Under the pieces are notes generated by a model. It searched no databases, was not told the DNA's origin, and saw nothing but the letters and a program-made list of their open reading frames with translations. From the NCBI RefSeq assembly GCF_000150275.1, contig NW_002060949.1:2415836-2479835 (forward strand): DNA of 64,000 bases, in the 5' to 3' direction. The stretch is from Trichoplax adhaerens (lineage: Eukaryota; Animalia; Placozoa). Positions 53,351 through 64,000 of this stretch are shown here, one piece after another. Both the position numbers and the translations under genes were made by a program. Every line of letters starts with the position of its first letter. The stretch's first letter is position 1.

Positions 53351-55527
53351 ATGGCTGAAGAAGTCTCTGCAAAACCCAAGTCTTCCTATAGCAGCTATAC
53401 TGCTTTCTTCTTTTTAGTCAATTATATCCTTGGTACTGGATTTCTTGGCATCCCGTATGTTATGTACCACAGTGGGATAATTTCTTGCACATTTACGTTG
53501 ATGGTAATAACCGTCTTTAACTGCTTCGGAGCTCTGTGGATAATTGAAAGTATGGCTAGAGCTTATGTAAGTCTTGTCAATATAGACTACTTTATATGTA
53601 TCGGATGAAATTAGCATTACGCCTTACGTATTCGCAGGTGGTACTACAAATTGATTAGCGATGATGATTGAGGTATATGTGTATGCTATTAGTATTCGCA
53701 AGTGGTACTATAAATTTATTAGCGATGATGATTGAGGTATATGTGTATGCTTTTAGCTAACAGCAATAAGGATCACATATTATGATTTTAACATGATTCA
53801 TACGCTTAGATAAATCTTTTCCATTGAATTTACTTCTAAGCGAATAAGATATGAGCGTATTGTAGAGCTCACATAATATTGAAAACATCAAGGAGTAAAT
53901 CAGAGAGTGATTACAGCTTGCATAGAGGAGTCTTTATTCTAATTTTAACCTATTATGAGCGTATTGTAGAGCTCACATAACATTGAAAATATCAAGGAGT
54001 AAATCAGAGCGTGATAACAGCTTGCATACAGGAGTCTTTATTCTAATTTTAACCCATTCTATTTATAAGGCACTCGAAAAGCACTCTGAAGAAGATTCAA
54101 GTAGAAGATTAATCGATGATGAAAAACCGAATTATTCTACAATCGATTCGAAATTATCAAACGACGTTAGAAGTTTAAGTTTCTTATCAAGAAGAAAGTT
54201 CGAAATAACTGAGCTATGCGGCTGCTTTTTTGGAAAGAATGTAAAGTTACTATGCTTACTCATCGTCTACGTACAAATTACCTTAGCATCATGGTCTTTC
54301 ACCACAGTTGCTGCTAGTACATGGTCTTCAAATATCCCTTTCGGTAATACTACCACTCTACGTCAGTGTACACCGGAAGATTTCGCAGATAATGTAATTC
54401 CAACAGAATTGGGATGTTTAAATAGCTATCGATTATGTGTTGGCATTTATGGTGTTTTGGTAATAATATTGAGCTGCTTAGAATTAACCGAACAGAAAAT
54501 TATCCAGATAATAATGGGACTTTTAAGATTTTTTGTAGTAACTTTCATGTGTATCAATTCTCTATATGCATACGCTGTAGCTCATGGCAATAGTCATTCA
54601 GTTGGCAACTCGGTAGATATTGGTCAAATGAACAATCTTCCAGACTATAACACAACGTTAAGTAATGCAAATCCAGTTTTTTATAGCTTTGAAGGTTGGC
54701 TACAGGCTATACCAATATTTGTTTATGCTGAACTAATGCATTTAGGATTACCATCTATGCTTGAGCCAGTAGCCGATAAAAGAAATTTACACCGTCTCAT
54801 AGTTGGCGTTTTTTGCATAATGGGTTTCATTTATATATTTATCGGTATTACAATATCAATCCGATTCCAAGGAAGTGTAGCTCAAATTGCAACATTAAAT
54901 TGGATTCAATTTAGCAAAGAAGGAAATCCTACTTCACTTCGAGTAATGTCTTATATTGTTATTTTCTTCCCATCTCTTGACGTCTTATCTGCCTTTCCTT
55001 TAAGTGCAATAGCACTGTCAAATAATATTTACGCTGCTTTAACTGGCTACGACACAACAGAATTGGAAGCAGTTTCTCATTCACGAATGAAGCAAATTGT
55101 ACTTCGACTATTTGTAAGCGTTGTACCGATAACATGTGCATTCTTTGTTGAAAGTTTAGTCACAATTCTACGCTGGGCCGGTCTCCTTGGTTTCTTCGTT
55201 TGCTACTTCATGCCTATTGGACTTCAGTTTTTTTCTCGTCGTATGTATAGGCTTAAATTTGTCGATAACTGGAGTGCCCGTTATCAGGCAAGTACGGAAG
55301 AAGTTGTTGAAGAAAATCAAGTAGAACACACTAACTTAGTGTACAATAAGCCTATGGATACGCCCTACTCGTCATGGTTTAGTGGAAAGAAAACTCTTTT
55401 CGTCACTTTAATATATGCTTTAACGGCTTTTGGTTTCACTATTGCCGGTATCGTGATGTCATCAGGTGGTTCTAGCCACGCCAATAGAACTCATCTAGAT
55501 ATGACGGATATTGACTATGGCTATTAG
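53351..55527 (+). CDS. TMEM104: TMEM104-like amino-acid transporter (AAAP/SLC38-related), paralog A, about 557 aa, exons 53351-53566 and 54070-55527
   Basis: N-terminal FLVNYILGTGFLGIPY...WIIESMARA, RKFEITELC, FVYAELMHLGLPS, FFPSLDVLSAFP and many transmembrane segments. One phase-0 intron. Confidence 0.85.
53629..54053. repeat. Two adjacent intronic tandem duplications: 2 x 64 bp (53629, 53693) and 2 x 104 bp (53851, 53955)
   Basis: TATTCGCA.GTGGTACTA...GCGATGATGATTGAGGTATATGTGTATGCT occurs twice; ATGAGCGTATTGTAGAGCTCACATAA...GGAGTCTTTATTCTAATTTTAACC occurs twice. Confidence 0.9.
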
Positions 55528-56899
55528 AATACTGACCCGACCGTGAACGTTTCAATTAGATTTTTAATTGTTGCGAAAAGGTTTTTCGAGATTTTAGAAA
55601 TATTTTAGCTATACGCATATATTAGATTATAAGTTCTGATCTGAAAACTTTACTTGTTATTGCTGCGTTTTCCCTGTATTTATAAGAGTACTATGAATTA
55701 GCTGTTTAAGTGTGTGATTTCTAGCTGGTTCGAATGATAAATTACAATAGAATTATATGTTTGCTGTACGTTCAAAAGTAATTCAAAAATGTAAGGAAAC
55801 TCAATTGCCTCAATGTATATGCGTATGCAAAGACTGAATTTTACCACTGACTTCATACCACTGGTGTAGATATTGCGTGCAACATGAGCATGATACTATA
55901 GTAGAACAAGATAAAAGTTTACAAGTCAAATTTTACAGTCAACATGAATTAAATTTTTTTATTTTATTTCATAATTTTTCTACGTCTACTAAATCGTTTA
56001 TGAATGAATCTGAAACATTATAATAAAAAATATAATTTTTTTTCTTACATAATGTGTTGCATATGTATACGCATTAGATAGCTAGAAAGTAATTACTTGA
56101 AATAAGGATATTTATTCTGCAATAATATATATAATATAATGAACAATTATATTATTAACAGTCTATAGCTATTCAATACCCACAAATCTTTATAATACTT
56201 AGTAAATTACCAGTTTAAATGAACGGGAACATAATCTGCACTAAGCAATATATTAAAAGAAAATTCACAGCTTGATTATCTTAAGTACTCCTGAGCGTAA
56301 AATCAAGTCGTTTATTGCTTTGACTAATACGCATACATGTGCATATTATGGAATTAGTACGAAAATTTGTACTCTATCATCTAGCTGTTAAGAGGCTTTC
56401 ACTGGCACCTGAAAGCCCGAAACCCTTACAACAAAGTCCTTGCCAAATTCATGTAAATGATTATGTTACTCACTCAGTCCTTGATTTTAGCTAGTTCCAA
56501 TACCCGTACAACAGTAATTTGAGCAGTCTAGGATGCAAACTATTTTTATAAGCTTCAATCGATACCGTGCTGTTAACGTTTATGGGTTACTCAGTTCTAA
56601 AATATCCTAGTTCTATAGTCTCTAATCCCAACAGTAAGTAGCTGTACAAAGCAAGGAGATGAATGATAATTATTCAAATAAATTACAGATGCGGTATTTA
56701 TTCTATAAGAAAGTTTACATTCAGCTGTTAAGATTTTTACCCCTTCTCAGCATGCTTACAAAGAGTCTAGACAATATTAATGTCAAAGCATGCCGATACT
56801 TTGATTTTAGTCGGGGTTTTGCGCCACATACCCTTGCCAAGACAATTTAAGCCAAGTTTACATTCCGAAACTCCAGCAACCTGCAGTTAAAACTTTTTC

Positions 56900-57920
56900 A
56901 CTGATCTACAGATACTTACAAAAGGAACTCCTACAGTATCACCGACAGCGTAACCGATAGACCACTAAATTGTCCAATTTGCCACTTTCCATGGAAATAT
57001 GGAATACAGTAGTTTTAAACGTTGGTTCATATTTTGCTATAACGCAAGCGTAACCGATAGACCACTAAATTGTCCAATATGCCAATTTCCATGGAAATAT
57101 AGAACACAGTAGTTTTAAATGTTGGTTCATATTTTGCTATGAAGCAAGCGTAACCGATAGACCACTAAATTGTCCAATATGCCACTTTCCATGGAAATAT
57201 GGAATACAGTACTTTTAAATATTGGTTCATATTTTGCTATGACGTAAGCGCAACTGATCTACAGGTACTTAGAAAAGGAACTCCTACAGTATCACCGACA
57301 GCGTAACCGATAGACCATTAAATTGTCCAATATGCCACTTTCCATGGAAATATGGAATACAGTAGATTTGAATGTTGATTCATATTTTGCTATGACGCAA
57401 GCGTAACCGATAGACCACTAAATTGTCCAATATGCCAATTTCCATGGAAATATGGAATCCAGTAGATTTGAATGTTGATTCATATTTTGCTATGACGCAA
57501 GCGTAACCGATAGACCACTAAATTGTCCAATATGCCAATTTCCATGGAAATATGGAATACAGTACTTTTAAATGTTGGTTCATATTTTGCTATGACCTAA
57601 GCGCAGCTGATCTACAGGTACTTAGAAAAGAAACTCCTACAGTATCGTCGACAGCGTAACCGATAGACCATTAAATTGTCCAATATGCCAATTTGCATGG
57701 AAATATGGAATACAGTTGCTTTAAATGTTGGTTCATATTTTGCTATGACGTACTGTATGCGCAACTGATCTACAGGTACTTAGAAAAGAAACTCCTACAG
57801 TATCGTCGACAGCGTAACCGATAGACCATTAAATTGTCCAATATGCCACTTTCCATGGAAATAGGGAATACAGGAGATTTGAATGTTGATTCATATTTTG
57901 CTATGACGTAAGCGCAGCTT
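56900..57920. repeat. Compound array of 8 x 100-bp unit A and 4 x ~53-bp unit B, in the order B-AAA-B-AAA-B-A-B-A
   Basis: Unit A (GCGTAACCGATAGACCA...) starts at 56948, 57048, 57148, 57301, 57401, 57501, 57654 and 57812. Unit B (CTGATCTACAG.TACTTA.AAAAG.AACTCCTACAGTATC..CGACA) lies near 56900, 57253, 57606 and 57764. Confidence 0.95.
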
Positions 57921-57924
57921 CCTA

Positions 57925-58090
57925 CAGAACTGTACACTGTACTTGTAGTATTATGGTCAAAACGCCCATTCACGTGATAGCAATTTTTCAATACAGTATT
58001 CTACTGTATAATACTGTAATATACTGTACAGTACAGTGAAGTACAGTACTGTACAGTACAGTACAGTCTACAGTGTAGTGTTCACTGTAA
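57925..58090. repeat. TACAG/CTGTA-rich tract immediately upstream of TMEM104-like paralog B
   Basis: ATACTGTACAGTACAGTGAAGTACAGTACTGTACAGTACAGTACAGTCTACAGTG near 58021. Confidence 0.8.
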
Positions 58091-58231
58091 ATTGCTATTG
58101 TAATCCAAATTCAATCTTGTTATCCCAAAAGCTCAATCTTGAAAACAAGATCAAGGTAGAGTAGTATTGCCTTGCTAATGTGTTATCACAGTTAAAAGTC
58201 ATTATTATAGTAAAGCAAAAGAGGAAAGAAG

Positions 58232-60960
58232 ATGCCAGCTGAAGAAGCTAGTAATTACGGTGTTTTTATTGGCTATTTGTATCTTGTTAATTATATCCTT
58301 GGCACTGGATTTCTGGGTATACCCTACGTAATACATCATGGAGGAACCATAGCTGGATGTTTGACTTTATTAACAATCTCATTTTTTAGCTGTTTGACTT
58401 CGATCTGGACTTTAGAAACCATTTCAAGAGCACAGGTACATCGATAGAAATGCTTAAGTTGTGCTAATATCTGTTTCCCTTGCTATAAAGTACGATAGTA
58501 TACTGTATAGTTATATATAATTGTTATTCTGGACGCCAAATGGATCAAGTTGTAGTTTTTTTCCAATCCAGTTTTGGATGAACCTTTCATCATTATTATA
58601 CATTATGAACTACTAATCGATTCTTCACTTACTCTACGTACTTCGCGTGCTATAATGTACCAACTGTAATAATTATACCTTTTATTTTACATGTTATTAC
58701 TGACTCACTCACATTATATCAGCTTGAATTTATTGATTGAATTGGATTCCCGCTTACATTAGATAGGATTCGATTCTATTAATCAACTTCATATACAATG
58801 TATAAACATATACGCGTATACTGTACAGTATACAAGCATATATATATATATATATATATACATAGTACTGTATGAAGATCAGTCGTATACTACGCTACTG
58901 TACTTATTATTAGACGTACATATTCTTTATAAGTCATTTGACGTTAACTTCATCTCAGTAATAGTATCTTTTGGCTGTATTTTCCCTTTTAATTAGGCGA
59001 TAGAGCGTACATCGAGCGCCCAGGAGGAGGAAGTTACCAAAAAATTAATCAATGCTGAAGACTGTCAAGCTAGTTATGATTCTATCGAACAGTATCCCAA
59101 TAACACTACGAATAACAACATTATTAGTTATGGTCAAATGAGTCGCAGAAAATTCGAAATTACCGAGTTATGCAATTTGTTCTTAGGCGATAAAGCGAAG
59201 ATCGTATATATGCTTGTTCTGTTCGTTTACTTGGCGTTGGCTTGTTGGTCGTTTACTACGGTCGCAGCTAGCACATGGTCTTCAAACATTCCTTTTGGTA
59301 ATGGATCAAGTCTACGTCAATGTACACAAGAAGATTTTCAGGATCGAATAATACCTGAGGCTGGTGGTTGCCTAAATAGTTATAGGTTATGTGCTGGCAT
59401 TTTTGCCGTTATTGTATTATCGCTTTCTTGCTTAGAAGTTACAGAACAAAAGATCATTCAAATTATTATGGGTATATTACGATTTGTCGTAGTACTCTTT
59501 ATGTGTTTTAATTCAGTTGCTGATCTTACAAGCAAGGAAAATAAGCAAATTCCATTTAGTAATGTTAGCCACTTTGAGCTCATGGACAGCAAACACGATC
59601 AACCATACACTACTTTGACATACAGCTATACAAATCCGTTGTACTACAACTTTCGTGCTTGGGTACAAGCTATACCTGTCTTCGTTTATGCTCAAGTTCT
59701 CCATCAAGGTATCCCTATATTGATTGAGCCTGTAACACGAAAGCAACACTTGCGAACCATGGTTGTTGCTGTCTTTCTTACAATGTATACTTTGTACACA
59801 TTTCTTGGTATTGTTATTTCCTATCGTTTTGGTGATAAGGTCTCGCAAATATCAACACTAAATTGGGTGAGTTAAACCATAAGATTGAATTAAATTTGAA
59901 TTAAAAACGGAGTAAATTATAAGACAATATTTTACTCTTCAGTTTAAATTTGAGGCCTTGTATTATGATTTGTATTTCCTGATTTCAAACTTATTACAAT
60001 CTAATCGAGTAGAGGATTTTTTGCTCTTTGTCTTTCATAATTTATCATCGCGTTTTATGAATCCAGAATGGTTATGTTTGCGAGCCATAAATATACCTAA
60101 TAAACGATAACATATACCAAATAATCTACTCTAAGTTATCAGACTTGTCTTATGATTGTTTTACCTGCATTATATGATAAAGTTTCTATAGCATCCTCTT
60201 ATGTATTATAGTTTATACAACTAGAAAAGTTGTATGATTTTAAATTAATTTACACGTAGAGATGCTAGCAGTTTAATAATACTTTGTTTCCTTTTTTGCG
60301 TTATCAAAGAGTGATTTCACGAAACCTGGTAATCCTACTTCTCTACGTGTTATGTCATACTTGGTAGTATTCTTCCCTTCGCTAGATGTTGTATCTGTAT
60401 TTCCTATGGTGGCTGTTACTCTTGGTAATAACATCTTCACAGTCCTTTATGGTGGTGATACAACTACTGTTACTAACATGCGCTATCCTCGGCTAAAACG
60501 CGTGAGTATGCGCTTGATTGCGGCGGCGTTACCTATCATTGGTGGTTTGTTTGTTGAAAGTTTAGTTGCTGTGCTAAAGTATGCTGGATTACTAGGATTT
60601 CTGATTTCTTACGCCTTTCCTATCATCTTGCAATATTATTCACGCCGTCAGTATAAAACTGCCTTTAAAAATTTGCAGTATGATCGCAGAAAAAAGCCTT
60701 GGGACAGAAGTCCAGCTACAAGTAAAAGTGTAAATGACGATAATGAGGAACTAGATCAGAGTGATAACCAACACGAACAAGATGCTGTTACATATCAACC
60801 ACCCTGGGATACTCCTTATTCGACTATTTTAAGTGGGCGTAAAATGGTTCACCTTTCTGCTGTTTATACTATTGCCGTTTTTAGTCTAACGATAGTGGGA
60901 ATAGCTCTACCTACTGCGATGTCCCATAAACATAGCAATGTATCCGCAATATCATCATAA
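58232..60960 (+). CDS. TMEM104: TMEM104-like amino-acid transporter, paralog B, about 574 aa, exons 58232-58435, 58997-59866, 60310-60960
   Basis: Collinear with paralog A (LVNYILGTGFLGIPYV, SRRKFEITELC, WSFTTVAASTWSSNIPFGN, GNPTSLRVMSY, FFPSLDV). Both introns are phase 0. Confidence 0.85.
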
Positions 60961-62254
60961 AAAGTTTTTTTCTAGTTAGCACAATACCAATATAATGAAG
61001 TCACGCATATTATAATTTACTGTGATTGCTTTCTGATTGGAAAAACCTCAGATTAGTTGTCTTTACATCTGTAACAAACGACCATGTTGAGAAATAATCA
61101 AGATAATAAAATCTTGTAGTGATTTATAATATAGTCATATAATCGTACCGTTCTAATCTAGGAGTGCCAGTATAAACTACAGTATTATAGAGGCTTTTAT
61201 ATTTCGATCCACTTGATTGATTAATGAATTTCACAATAATCAATCACTAAAAAAGGTATTTGTTTACATGTATAATATGATCTTTGTTCATGAAATCCTA
61301 CTTGTTGATATTATTTTCTAATTGTCGAATTAATACTGTATAATGATGTTTTCTAAATCCGTATTAGTATGTAAAAAATGTCAGTATGCCTAAATTATCA
61401 TGTTGTGAAATATCAGATAAATTACGAAGTATGAAAAGGTCTGTATGAAGTTATATTTTCTTTACTTTTTAATCTACTATGTAGACACTATTTCAATGTC
61501 AAGATTGTGAGACCACTGAAATCTGATTAAATTAAATTCGTAATACTGTATTGATGCAGGACCTACGTATGCTTGAATCATAGAAATTATTCAAATTAAA
61601 GAATATTTTTTAACATTCATTTAGATTTATTCTTATGACCTATGCTCGTATAGCTACCAAGAAATTATAAAACCACTCAAAATTGTGTACCTTAAAATTG
61701 AGTTAGGTACTGGATGAGAATAATATCATTGTAGACCCTATCTTTAATACTTGTGGCAGAAAGCATTAGCAGCAGCGTCAATTTCGTAATTCAAAATCTT
61801 AATAACTGACAAATTCACTCTCTTACGCATATACAGTAACACCATAATATAATTGTAAAAAGTCTACTTAAGGAGAAGTAATAAGAGTTACAACGAACAA
61901 AAGTTCTAACTCCTTAAACGGTCTTAAAATTTTTATCGAATGATTTTCATAATCCATTAACAGAAAGCTAACCAACTATCCAATCAATAGTGTCAATTAT
62001 AACATCATACAAATCTCATTTCATCATGAAATAGAATAAATTTTGCATATTACCATTCTAGCCAAACAAAATTTAATTTTACAATTACTATGTCATACTG
62101 CGTAATTATAGATTTGCATAAGAGTATGCTACTCCTTATAAAGAAAACTTTGATTTAGTGTAGAAGTCTATAACAGTTGCAGTTACATCTTTCCTAATTT
62201 CCCGTTTAACATGAAGTCAATTCGATAAAAATAACTTAAGATTCAAGATAAAAT

Positions 62255-63950
<1,696 letters not shown>

Positions 63951-64000
63951 CTATACCAATTAAAAATATGTGAATACCGATGATTACGGCGTAAAATTAA

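Noticed and set aside
53661-53760. Box C/D snoRNAs in the TMEM104-A intron (ATGATGA twice)
   Set aside because: No downstream CTGA box D or terminal stem was found; the 64-bp duplication explains the pair.
53983-54069. N-terminus of the 514-aa ORF (MKISRSK...)
   Set aside because: It starts at TTG inside an intronic duplication; the exon begins at 54070, matching paralog B.

Overview
AT-rich, intron-rich animal genomic DNA. The compact GT-AG introns, metazoan gene set and abundant TACAG/CTGTA runs resemble a placozoan such as Trichoplax; this is inference and was not verified. Manual splicing with exon-phase checks gives 12 genes: a tandem calponin-homology (CH1-CH2) plus coiled-coil protein (-), a ZDHHC21-like palmitoyltransferase (+), a FoxQ2-like factor (+), ISCA1 (-), a PAP2/PLPP phosphatase (+), PET100 (-), a CARD+death-domain adaptor (-), syntaxin 7/12 (+), ATP6V0B (-), two TMEM104-like transporter paralogs (+) and the 3' part of CARM1 (-). 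Highlights: (1) FoxQ2 sits on the same strand inside the 9.5-kb last intron of the ZDHHC gene, whose final exon is missing from the ORF track. (2) In two genes the 3' splice site plus the first codons of the terminal exon are tandemly duplicated, giving alternative acceptors followed by early stops. (3) An 11 x 111-bp array has a stem with compensatory and G-U changes between copies. (4) TACAG-rich tracts cluster near gene starts. No rRNA, tRNA, CRISPR array or intact transposon was recognised.
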